Origin: Bacilli bacterium
Lineage (GTDB): Bacteria > Bacillota_I > Bacilli_A > RFN20 > CAG-826
Assembly: GCA_024408075.1 (NCBI GenBank)
Contig: JAKSVK010000003.1
Coordinates: forward strand, 9,048 to 73,047
Length of the DNA stretch: 64,000 nucleotides
Direction: 5' to 3'
The notes under the pieces are model-generated. The model saw nothing but the letters and a program-made list of their open reading frames with translations, did not search any database and had not been told where the DNA came from. Position numbers and translations under genes: made by a program. Shown piece by piece: positions 26,532-35,315 of the stretch (positions are counted from its first letter, which is position 1; each line of letters begins with the position of its first letter).

Positions 26532-27020
26532 ATGGATGCAGCAGGTATTAATAAACTTTTTCGAGAACTAGGATTAACTCTTGGTTCTGTTGAATCTTTT
26601 ACAGGTGGAAACTTTGCAGGTGAAATAACCTCCATAAGCGGAGCATCACATTTCTTTAAAGGTAGCTTAGTTACTTATGCTACTGAAGAGAAAAACCGTA
26701 TTTTAAGTATTCCTTATGAGATGATTGATAAATACGGAGTTGTTTCTGCTGAAATTGCTGGTGAAATGGCAAGTAGAGGTAGAGCACTTTTAAATGTTGA
26801 TTATTGTATTTCTTTTACCGGAAACGCTGGACCTTCCGCTATGGAAAATAAGCCTGTTGGTGAAGTTTATATTGGTATTGCTTTTGCCAATAAAACCCAA
26901 GTTTTTACTTATCACTTAACTGGTGATCGCGAAAATATACAAAAAGAAGCAATTAAAATTGCTTATGAAATTCTTGAAAATATTTTAATCAAAAATGACC
27001 AAACTCCTACTATTAAATAA
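26532..27020 (+). CDS. pncC: CinA C-terminal domain protein (nicotinamide-nucleotide amidohydrolase PncC-like)
   Basis: [18 protein letters not shown] and GNAGPS motifs. Lies between pgsA and recA as cinA does in Bacillus. ATG 26532 follows directly after the pgsA stop. Confidence 0.85.
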   Translation: MDAAGINKLFRELGLTLGSVESFTGGNFAGEITSISGASHFFKGSLVTYATEEKNRILSIPYEMIDKYGVVSAEIAGEMASRGRALLNVDYCISFTGNAGPSAMENKPVGEVYIGIAFANKTQVFTYHLTGDRENIQKEAIKIAYEILENILIKNDQTPTIK

Positions 27021-27034
27021 GTGAGGAGGTATTT

Positions 27035-28015
27035 ATGGAAAAAAATACAGATAAAGATTTAGATGAAGTATTAAAAGAGATACAAAAGACTTTTGGAAAA
27101 GGCGCCGTAATGAAACTTGGCGAACGTCCAACAGTTGATGTAAGTGTTATTCCAACCGGCTCTTTGCTTCTTGATGAGGCACTTGGTGTAGGAGGTTACC
27201 CACAAGGAAGGATTATTGAAATTTATGGTCCTGAAAGTAGTGGTAAAACTACCCTTGCTTTGCATGCGATTGCTGAATGTCAAAAAATGGGAGGAAAAGC
27301 TGCTTTTATTGATGCAGAGCATTCCATCGATCCTGTTTATGCACGTAATTTAGGGGTTAATATTGATGAGCTTTTGCTCTCTCAACCAGATAATGGAGAA
27401 CAAGCTTTAGAAATTGCTGAAATGCTTGCTGCTAGTGGAGCAATTAACTTAATTGTTGTTGATAGCGTTGCTGCTCTTGTTCCACAGGCTGAACTTGAAG
27501 GAGAAATGACTGATTCTTCAGTAGGATTACAAGCTAGACTTATGTCTAAAGCTCTTAGAAAAATTACTGGAGTATTAAACAAAAAAGAATGCTCAATGAT
27601 TTTTATTAATCAATTAAGAGAAAAAGTCGGAGTCATTTATGGCAATCCTGAAACTACTTCAGGAGGTAGAGCTCTTAAATTTTATGCATCTATTAGACTT
27701 GATATTAGACGTGATGAGATTATCAAAACTGGCGGAAATATAGCTGGAAATACTTGTCGAATTAAAGTAGTTAAAAATAAAGTTGCTTCTCCATTTAAAC
27801 AATGTGAAATAGATATTATTTATGGTGAAGGAATATCAAAAGTTGCAGAAATTTTGACTCGTGCGGTAGAAAAAAATATCATTCATCAATCAGGTGTTTG
27901 GTATGAATATCAAGGAAATAAAATTGCTCAAGGAAAAGAATCTGCAAAAGCATATCTAAAAGCAAATCCAAAAATCTATGAAGAAATCTTGAAACAAATT
28001 AAGGACGTCGAATGA
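27035..28015 (+). CDS. recA: Recombinase RecA
   Basis: [12 protein letters not shown] Walker [10 protein letters not shown] Walker B, L1/L2 loop regions. GAGGAGG SD. Confidence 0.98.
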   Translation: MEKNTDKDLDEVLKEIQKTFGKGAVMKLGERPTVDVSVIPTGSLLLDEALGVGGYPQGRIIEIYGPESSGKTTLALHAIAECQKMGGKAAFIDAEHSIDPVYARNLGVNIDELLLSQPDNGEQALEIAEMLAASGAINLIVVDSVAALVPQAELEGEMTDSSVGLQARLMSKALRKITGVLNKKECSMIFINQLREKVGVIYGNPETTSGGRALKFYASIRLDIRRDEIIKTGGNIAGNTCRIKVVKNKVASPFKQCEIDIIYGEGISKVAEILTRAVEKNIIHQSGVWYEYQGNKIAQGKESAKAYLKANPKIYEEILKQIKDVE

Positions 28016-28029
28016 CGTTCTTTTTGTTT
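28003..28029 (+). terminator. Intrinsic terminator overlapping the recA stop codon
   Basis: Hairpin GGACGTC-GAAT-GACGTTC (7 bp including a G-U) followed by TTTTTGTTT. Confidence 0.6.
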
Positions 28030-28048
28030 CCTAACAATATATTTCTAT

Positions 28049-28076
28049 TTGTCTTTAATTATTAATTATATATAAT
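28049..28076 (+). promoter_or_regulatory. Putative promoter TTGTCT-16 nt-TATAAT for rny (implies a leader of about 150 nt)
   Basis: Hexamers at 28049-28054 and 28071-28076. A hairpin GTACC-CGTCGAAA-GGTAC follows within about 10 nt of the predicted start site. Confidence 0.35.
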
Positions 28077-28231
28077 ATAAATGTACCCGTCGAAAGGTAC
28101 TTACCTATATATTCTCAAACGAGAAACTAAATTATCAGGTTTAACCTGTTATATATAAATCATAATAAATATTATTTTTTGTGATTTAGGTAAATAGTCT
28201 TTTTGACTATGATAGAAAGGACACATTTATT

Positions 28232-29782
28232 ATGCCATTATGGTTAGGAATCGTTTTGGGTGTCGTTGGTTTACTCTTAGGTGGACTTATTGTTTTCTTA
28301 GTCCCTACATTTAAAAAAGCTAGAGCCCAAAATAATGCTGCAAAAATTATTCGTGATGCTGAAATTAAAGCAGAACACATTGCAAAAAACGCTCAATTAG
28401 ATGGTAAACAAGCTATTACCGAAATGAAAATTGAGGCTGAAAAAGAATTTAGAGATAGAAAAAATGAACTCTCTATTCAAGAAGACAAACTTCTTCAAAG
28501 AGAGCAAAACATTGATCGTCGTGATGGAGCACTTACTCAAAAAGAAAATGCTCTTGATGAAAAAGCTGAATTCTTAGCAAGAAAAATTAAAGAAGTTGAT
28601 AAAAAAGAAGCTACTTTACAAGAGAAAATTGACTCTATTATTGTTGAACTTGAGAAAGTCGCTCAAATGTCTACTCAAGAAGCAAAAGATGAATTATTTG
28701 CTCGTGTAGAAAGTAAGGTTTCAAAAGAAATTGCTGCATTTATTAAAAATAAAGAAGATGAAGCAAAAGAAAGCTGTGCTCAAAAAGCTCAAGAACTTTT
28801 AGGCTTAGCAATGAGCAAATATGCTCAAGAAACCACTCAAGAAAGAACTGTTTCTGTTGTTGCTCTTCCTAACGATGAAATGAAAGGTCGTATTATTGGT
28901 AGAGAAGGTAGAAATATCCGTTCTTTAGAAACTCTTCTTGGAGTTGATTTAATTATTGATGATACTCCTGAAGTTATTACAGTTAGCTGTTTTAACCCAA
29001 TTAGAAGAGAAATTGCTCGTATGTCTCTTGAAGCTCTTATTAAAGATGGAAGAATTCAACCAGGAAGAATTGAAGAGATTGTTGAAAAATGTAAAAGTGA
29101 AGTTGAAGAAACTATTCATAAAACTGGACAAGATGTTGCATTTAAACTTGGTTTACCAAGAATTAATAAAGAATTATTAGATATCGTTGGAAGACTTAAA
29201 TATCGTACAAGTTATGGCCAAAACGCATTAGATCACTCTATTGAAGTTGCTTCTCTTGCTGGAGTTATGGCTGCTGAACTTGGTCTTGATCAAAACTTAG
29301 CAAAACGCGCTGGACTTCTTCATGATATAGGAAAAGCTATGGACTTTGAAATTGAAGGAAGCCATGTAGAAATCGGAGCTCGTTTGGCTAAAAAATATGG
29401 AGAAAACGATGTTGTTATTAACTCCATAGAATCTCACCACGGTGATGTAGAAGCAAAATATGTTATTGCAAATTTAGTTCAAGCTGCTGATACTCTTTCT
29501 GCTGCTCGTCCTGGTGCACGTAGCGAAATGCTTGAAAATTACATTCAAAGAATTGAAAAACTTGAAGAAATTTGTAAATCATATGATGGAGTTTATCAAA
29601 GCTACGCTATGCAATCTGGCCGTGAATTACGTGTTATGGTAATTCCAGATAAGATTGATGATGTTGGAGCTTATAAACTTGCACGTGAAATTAGAGAACG
29701 TATTGAAAATGAAATGACTTATCCAGGTCAAATCAAAGTTAATGTCATTCGTGAATATCGTGCAATTGAAACCGCTAAATAA
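28232..29782 (+). CDS. rny: Ribonuclease Y
   Basis: N-terminal TM, long coiled coil, KH domain ([12 protein letters not shown]), HD domain (LLHDIGKA). Confidence 0.97.
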   Translation: MPLWLGIVLGVVGLLLGGLIVFLVPTFKKARAQNNAAKIIRDAEIKAEHIAKNAQLDGKQAITEMKIEAEKEFRDRKNELSIQEDKLLQREQNIDRRDGALTQKENALDEKAEFLARKIKEVDKKEATLQEKIDSIIVELEKVAQMSTQEAKDELFARVESKVSKEIAAFIKNKEDEAKESCAQKAQELLGLAMSKYAQETTQERTVSVVALPNDEMKGRIIGREGRNIRSLETLLGVDLIIDDTPEVITVSCFNPIRREIARMSLEALIKDGRIQPGRIEEIVEKCKSEVEETIHKTGQDVAFKLGLPRINKELLDIVGRLKYRTSYGQNALDHSIEVASLAGVMAAELGLDQNLAKRAGLLHDIGKAMDFEIEGSHVEIGARLAKKYGENDVVINSIESHHGDVEAKYVIANLVQAADTLSAARPGARSEMLENYIQRIEKLEEICKSYDGVYQSYAMQSGRELRVMVIPDKIDDVGAYKLAREIRERIENEMTYPGQIKVNVIREYRAIETAK

Positions 29783-29803
29783 TCGCGGATAGAAAGAATA
29801 CTT

Positions 29804-30592
29804 TTGAAAATATTATTTATTGGAGACATAGTAGGAAAGGTTGGTCGTAGAATGATTCACGACCACCTTTCTTCTTTAATTGAGAAATATCATATTGATT
29901 TTGTCATTGCTAATGGAGAAAATGTCACTCATGGTAAAGGGTTAATTAGACATCATTATGAAGAATTAATTAATGCTGGAATTGATGTAGTTACATTAGG
30001 CAATCACTATGATGCTAAAAATGAAATTAGACGTTATTTAGATTCGTCTGACCGTATCATCCGTCCGCTTAATTTAATTCATGATTATCCTGGAATTGGT
30101 TCGATTGTATTTGATTGTGACGGAGTTAGCGTTAGAATCACAAATATTCTTGGATCATTTGCAATGGATGAACAAGTTAATAATCCTTATTATTCACTTA
30201 TTGATTTAATGGAAAATCCGGATGAAGAAAAAGCTAATATCCATATTGTTGATTTCCATGCAGAAGCAACAGGGGAGAAAATCTGTTTAGCTTATGCATT
30301 AGATGGCAAAATTAGTGCTCTTTTAGGTACACATACTCATGTCCAAACTAGAGATGCTAGAATACTTGAAAAAGGAACTGCATTTATTAGTGATGTCGGA
30401 ATGACTGGATTATATGAGAGTGCATTAGGTTTTGACAAAGATAGTGTTGTAAATAAAATTATTTATGGAGAACAAAGTAGATTTGAAATTTCCGAAGAAG
30501 GAAAAGGTTTATTATCTGCGGTTGTTCTAGATATTGACGAAATTAGTGGTAAGACTCGTCAAATTCACCCAATTTATATGGTAGAAGAATGA
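29804..30592 (+). CDS. ymdB: YmdB-type metallophosphoesterase (TIGR00282 family; 2',3'-cyclic-nucleotide phosphodiesterase)
   Basis: MKILFIGDIVG, ANGEN, GNH and DFHAE metallophosphoesterase motifs. TTG start. Follows rny as in Bacillus. Confidence 0.9.
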   Translation: MKILFIGDIVGKVGRRMIHDHLSSLIEKYHIDFVIANGENVTHGKGLIRHHYEELINAGIDVVTLGNHYDAKNEIRRYLDSSDRIIRPLNLIHDYPGIGSIVFDCDGVSVRITNILGSFAMDEQVNNPYYSLIDLMENPDEEKANIHIVDFHAEATGEKICLAYALDGKISALLGTHTHVQTRDARILEKGTAFISDVGMTGLYESALGFDKDSVVNKIIYGEQSRFEISEEGKGLLSAVVLDIDEISGKTRQIHPIYMVEE

Positions 30593-32028
30593 AAACAAAT
30601 ATTAAGAATTATCCAGACTTAAAAGTAGCTCAAAAACGTGACACAAATAAAACAGTGTTTGTGAACGCTAATTTTGATATTGTTTCCTCTTTAAAACCTA
30701 TTGTTGAAGGAGATAAGTATTTTATTCATACTTTGGGTTGCCAAGCTAACGTTAGAGATGAAGAAACGATGCGAGGTTTGCTTTCTAAAGTTGGCTATAT
30801 TTCTACAGATAATGTAAGTGAAGCTGATTTAATCATTATTAATACATGTGCTGTAAGAGAAAATGCAGAAGACAAGGTTTATGGAGAAATTGGCAATCTA
30901 AAAAAGTATAGAAGAGAAAATAAGGATAAAATTATTGCTTTATGTGGATGCATGGTTGAACAACCTGAAATCTTAAATTATTTAAGAACAACGTTCCCAG
31001 AAGTTAATTTATATTTTGGAACTCACGAGATACCTAATTTACTGGATTATATATTTGAACTTAAAAAAGGCGAAACAAGAATTATTGATATAAAGTCTAA
31101 ACCAGGTGAAGTAATTGAAAATTTGCCTTCTTCTAGACTTAATAAATACAAAGCATACGTAAACATCATGTATGGATGTAATAAATTCTGTACTTACTGT
31201 ATTGTTCCTTATACAAGAGGAAAAGAACGTAGTAGAAAATTTAACGATGTTCTCTTAGAAGTGAGAGATCTTAAAAAAGCTGGATATCAGGAAGTAACTT
31301 TATTAGGTCAAAATGTTAATGCTTATGGAAAAGACCTTGATGAAGGATATGATTTTGCTGATCTTCTAGAAGCAGTTGCTCAAATTGGAATTCCTCGTGT
31401 GAGATTTACTACCTCACATCCATGGGATTTTTCTAGCAAGATGATTGATGTTATCTCAAAATATGACAATATCATGAAATGTATTCATCTTCCGGTTCAA
31501 TCAGGAAGTAGTGAGATACTAAAAAGAATGGGAAGAAGATATGATCGTGAAAAGTATTTAACTTTAGTTAAAGAAATGCGCGAGAAAATACCAAATTTAT
31601 CTTTATCTACTGACATCATTGTTGGTTTCCCAAATGAGAGCGAAGAAAACTTTAATGACACATTAACTTTGTGTGATGAAGTTAAATATGAAAATGCTTA
31701 TACCTTTATTTATTCTCCAAGACGTGGAACTCCTGCGGCTAAAATGGAAGATAATGTTTCTAGTAAAACAAAATCACTCCGTTTCCGTGAATTAGTTAAA
31801 CGTTTAGAAAAATATATGGAAATAGATGCAAATAATTATATTGGCAAAACTTGTAAAGTATTAGTTGATGGAGAAAGCAAAACTGACCAAAATATGCTTT
31901 CAGGTTATTCAGAAAGTAACAAGCTTGTGCACTTTAAAGGTGATAAGAATTTAATAGGCAAAATTGTGACTGTTAAAATCCTTGAAAGCCATACATATTC
32001 ATTAATTGGAGAACTTGTTAATGAGTAA
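30589..32028 (+). CDS. miaB: tRNA (N6-isopentenyl adenosine(37)-C2)-methylthiotransferase MiaB
   Basis: UPF0004 N-domain cysteines (GCQAN, NTCAVRE, CGC), radical SAM CNKFCTYCIVP, TRAM C-terminus. ATGA overlap with the ymdB stop. Confidence 0.93.
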   Translation: MKTNIKNYPDLKVAQKRDTNKTVFVNANFDIVSSLKPIVEGDKYFIHTLGCQANVRDEETMRGLLSKVGYISTDNVSEADLIIINTCAVRENAEDKVYGEIGNLKKYRRENKDKIIALCGCMVEQPEILNYLRTTFPEVNLYFGTHEIPNLLDYIFELKKGETRIIDIKSKPGEVIENLPSSRLNKYKAYVNIMYGCNKFCTYCIVPYTRGKERSRKFNDVLLEVRDLKKAGYQEVTLLGQNVNAYGKDLDEGYDFADLLEAVAQIGIPRVRFTTSHPWDFSSKMIDVISKYDNIMKCIHLPVQSGSSEILKRMGRRYDREKYLTLVKEMREKIPNLSLSTDIIVGFPNESEENFNDTLTLCDEVKYENAYTFIYSPRRGTPAAKMEDNVSSKTKSLRFRELVKRLEKYMEIDANNYIGKTCKVLVDGESKTDQNMLSGYSESNKLVHFKGDKNLIGKIVTVKILESHTYSLIGELVNE

Positions 32029-32299
32029 AATTATTGATGATGCTAAGGCTTTAAAAAAAGAGCTCGATAACACTCCATTAATTCAAGAATATATGCAAAT
32101 CCGCGATATTTTTCAAAAAAATGAAGAAATTTTGCAATTAAAAAAAGAAATTGTACGAGCTAAAAATGAGAATCGAATTGAAGATCATAACCGCTTAAAA
32201 AAAGAATACGATAATCATCCGCTTGTGATGAATTATTTATCTTTACAAGAAGAAGTTAGAGCGCTTTTAAAACAAATTTGCGACATAATAAATATATGA
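32021..32299 (+). CDS. YlbF/YmcA-family protein (short, 92 aa)
   Basis: Helical protein ending in the family-like NHPLVMNYLSLQEEVRALLKQI. Lies directly after miaB, as ymcA follows ymcB in B. subtilis. Its start overlaps the miaB stop. Confidence 0.55.
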   Translation: MSKIIDDAKALKKELDNTPLIQEYMQIRDIFQKNEEILQLKKEIVRAKNENRIEDHNRLKKEYDNHPLVMNYLSLQEEVRALLKQICDIINI

Positions 32300-33180
32300 T
32301 TTACGTTATTATTGGACCAACGGCTAGTGGAAAAAGTGATGTTGCAAATAACTTAGCAACTTTTCTTAACTGTGAACTGATTAATGCGGATGCTTTTCAA
32401 ATTTATAAGGATATGAACATTGGCACTAACAAAATTGATGTTAATGATCCTATTAGAAAGAAATATCACTTATTAGATATTGTGACGCCAGAAGAAACTT
32501 ATTCCGTAAAACAGTATCAAGATGATGCAAGAAAGGTTCTAAACCCAATATTAAAAGCAAAAAAAGATGTAATTATTGTTGGTGGAACCGGTTTATATAT
32601 AAAAGCATTGCTATATGACTATATTTTTTCAGATGAAGAAACTAGCGTGAATGCAGAATATGAAAAACTTGATAATGTTGCTTTATATGATTTGCTTAGA
32701 AGCAAAGATCCAAAAGAAGCAGAAAAAATCCATGTAAATAATCGTAAACGTTTATTAAGAGCATTGACCTTAATGGACAATAACAATATTTCAAAATCTG
32801 ACTTATTAGCCAAACAAAATCATGAATATTTTTATCCAAAAGAACTTATTAAGATTATTTATATATCTCCTGAAAGAGAACAATTATATGAAAATATAAA
32901 TAATAGGGTTATCTCAATGATTGAAAACGGCTTAATTGATGAAGTAAAAGCCTTAAGCAAGAAATATAATTTATCCATTACATCAAAACAAGGAATCGGA
33001 TACAAAGAAGTATTAGATTATTTAGATGGACTTACTAGTAAGGAAGAATGTATTAGTCTTATTCAAAAAAGAACAAGGAACTATGCCAAGAGGCAAGACA
33101 CATTCTTTAAGAACCAATTTATTAATTATAAAAAATATTCTTCTGAAGAAGAATGCCTAAAAGATTTAATAAAATTATAA
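32296..33180 (+). CDS. miaA: tRNA dimethylallyltransferase
   Basis: IIGPTASGKS P-loop, HLLDI, GGTGLYIKAL. ATGA overlap with the preceding gene. Confidence 0.93.
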   Translation: MIYVIIGPTASGKSDVANNLATFLNCELINADAFQIYKDMNIGTNKIDVNDPIRKKYHLLDIVTPEETYSVKQYQDDARKVLNPILKAKKDVIIVGGTGLYIKALLYDYIFSDEETSVNAEYEKLDNVALYDLLRSKDPKEAEKIHVNNRKRLLRALTLMDNNNISKSDLLAKQNHEYFYPKELIKIIYISPEREQLYENINNRVISMIENGLIDEVKALSKKYNLSITSKQGIGYKEVLDYLDGLTSKEECISLIQKRTRNYAKRQDTFFKNQFINYKKYSSEEECLKDLIKL

Positions 33181-33205
33181 AAAAATTACACAAAATTGAA
33201 CAAAC

Positions 33206-33236
33206 TACCCCTCTATATAAGTGAAGGGGTATTTTT
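33206..33236 (+). terminator. Terminator-like hairpin after miaA that contains the SD of the next gene
   Basis: TACCCC-14 nt loop-GGGGTA followed by TTTTT abutting ATG 33237. The SD GAAGGGG is the 3' arm. Confidence 0.35.
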
Positions 33237-35315
33237 ATGCAAAAGATTAGAATTGAAAATTTATCCAAAGAATACAAGCTGAAAAATAGCGAAAGTTTTT
33301 TTGCACTCAAAAATATAAATGCATCACTACCTAATACAGGTCTTGTTACGATTATTGGCAAAAGTGGTAGTGGTAAATCAACTTTACTAAATATGATTGC
33401 GCTTTTAGATACTCCTACAAAAGGTGCAATATACATTGATAATAAAGATTTAAAAAAGTATAAGAATAAAACCAGTTTCTATAAGAAGAAAGTAGGAATA
33501 CTATTTCAAAATTATAATCTACTAACAGATTTGTCTACTTCAGATAATGTTTTAATGCCTTTATTAATTAATGGTATACGCAAATCTAAAGCATTGAAGA
33601 AGGCTAGTGAAATTTTAGAATTTGTTGGTATAAGCAAAGAGAAATACAAGCTTAAAAGTTCTCTTCTTTCTGGCGGTGAAAAACAACGAGTTGCATTGGC
33701 TAGATCAATAGTAAATTCACCTGAAATTTTATTGTGCGATGAACCGACAGGAGCGCTTGATAATAATAATTCTGTTTTGGTTATGGACTTGCTAAAAAAG
33801 ATTAGTGAAACAACATTGGTGATACTAGTTTCTCACAACCTACAATTATGTAATAGATATAGTGATAGAATCATCGAAATTTCTAATGGAACAATAAAGT
33901 ATGATAGGACTGTAAATAAGAACGAAAAAACAACAGAATCAGCTAAAAATAAATGCAAGAAATCATCTATATGGTTAGATAAATTGTTAATACATAATTA
34001 TTTAAAAAGAATCAAAAGGAACTTATTTTCAATTGCATCTTTAACTATTGGATTGACGACAATATTACTTACTGTTGGCTTTTATTTCGGCAAAGATTCA
34101 GCTATTTCTGTAACTTGTAAAAGACAATTTGATTATGGTGTTGGAACAATCTCTGAGGATGAAGTTATTAATGGAAGTTCTTTGCTTAAATTGACTAGAT
34201 CAGTCAGGCCAAAAATAAGTAGGTTAATTTCTATTTCTCAAATTTTTGAAAATTACTATATTTTTCTCAATTATGACACAATTTTAATGCAAAACCTTAA
34301 TATAAAATTTGAAAATGAGTCAGTTGATTCTTTAATTTTGACACCTGTTTATTCATTAGATTGCTTAGGAGTTAATGATAGTTTAGTTATTAAAAGAAGT
34401 GGTCCTAACGAGTATAATTCAACAGATGTTTTTATAAATAAATATTGTTATGATTATTTAAAATCTCACTATAATTTTGATCCAATTGGTGATTCTTTGA
34501 ATATTACTGCATTTGTCCAGAGCAAATATGTTGATATGGATGAAGAAGAAATAGACGACGAATTACAAATTGATTTAGAGTTTACAATTAAAGGAGTCGT
34601 TGATGAGCTAGATTATTTAACTAGTCCAAAAATATATTATAATTATTCCTACATTGATTATTATTTTGAATGTCAATTATTACCAAATTTATCAACCTAC
34701 TTTAATAGAGATATTTCATGGAAAACTAGATTAGAAGAATGTGATGATTCATCACCGCTCACATCATATTCGTATCGTTTGTTTCCAAAGAGATTTGGCG
34801 AAACAAAATTAAACTTAGAAACCACAAATTTAGTATTTACAAGTTCATCATTATTGGTTGAAGAATCACTATATGGTTTTGCTGATACGATTGAGTACAC
34901 AATATTCATATTTTTGATTATTGCAATGATTGGAGTTGCTATGATTTTGGGCATATCTTCTTTTTCAAGTTACTCTGATGATAAAAAGGAGAGCGCCATC
35001 TTAACGTGCATTGGTGCAAGCAAGGATGAAATTTACAGTATTTATATTGGAGAATCATTGTTAACGACCATTATCTCAATTTGTTTTTCCATTCCTTTAT
35101 CCTTATATTTAACTAAATTATTAAATCCACTTATTACAAAATATACAGATGTTAAAAATTTGATAAGCATTCCTTTAGACAATTTGTTTGGCATTAGGTA
35201 CTTTTTACCAATTATTTTGCTTATTGGTTGTGTAATTTTTTCTGTATTAATTACCTATATCCCAATCAAATTTTCTAAAGGTAACAATCTTAAAAGCGAA
35301 CTTCAATCATTATGA
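33237..35315 (+). CDS. Fused ABC transporter ATPase + FtsX/MacB-type permease (692 aa)
   Basis: NBD motifs GKSGSGKST, LSGGEKQRVALARS, ILLCDEPTGALD, VSHN. Then TM1, a periplasmic-type domain of about 270 aa, and three C-terminal TMs (MacB topology). Confidence 0.88.
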   Translation: MQKIRIENLSKEYKLKNSESFFALKNINASLPNTGLVTIIGKSGSGKSTLLNMIALLDTPTKGAIYIDNKDLKKYKNKTSFYKKKVGILFQNYNLLTDLSTSDNVLMPLLINGIRKSKALKKASEILEFVGISKEKYKLKSSLLSGGEKQRVALARSIVNSPEILLCDEPTGALDNNNSVLVMDLLKKISETTLVILVSHNLQLCNRYSDRIIEISNGTIKYDRTVNKNEKTTESAKNKCKKSSIWLDKLLIHNYLKRIKRNLFSIASLTIGLTTILLTVGFYFGKDSAISVTCKRQFDYGVGTISEDEVINGSSLLKLTRSVRPKISRLISISQIFENYYIFLNYDTILMQNLNIKFENESVDSLILTPVYSLDCLGVNDSLVIKRSGPNEYNSTDVFINKYCYDYLKSHYNFDPIGDSLNITAFVQSKYVDMDEEEIDDELQIDLEFTIKGVVDELDYLTSPKIYYNYSYIDYYFECQLLPNLSTYFNRDISWKTRLEECDDSSPLTSYSYRLFPKRFGETKLNLETTNLVFTSSSLLVEESLYGFADTIEYTIFIFLIIAMIGVAMILGISSFSSYSDDKKESAILTCIGASKDEIYSIYIGESLLTTIISICFSIPLSLYLTKLLNPLITKYTDVKNLISIPLDNLFGIRYFLPIILLIGCVIFSVLITYIPIKFSKGNNLKSELQSL

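Noticed and set aside
28030-28231. Possible 6S RNA or other small RNA in the 216-nt recA-rny gap
   Set aside because: There is no end-to-end self-complementarity with a central bubble, only short local hairpins. It is better explained as the rny promoter and leader.
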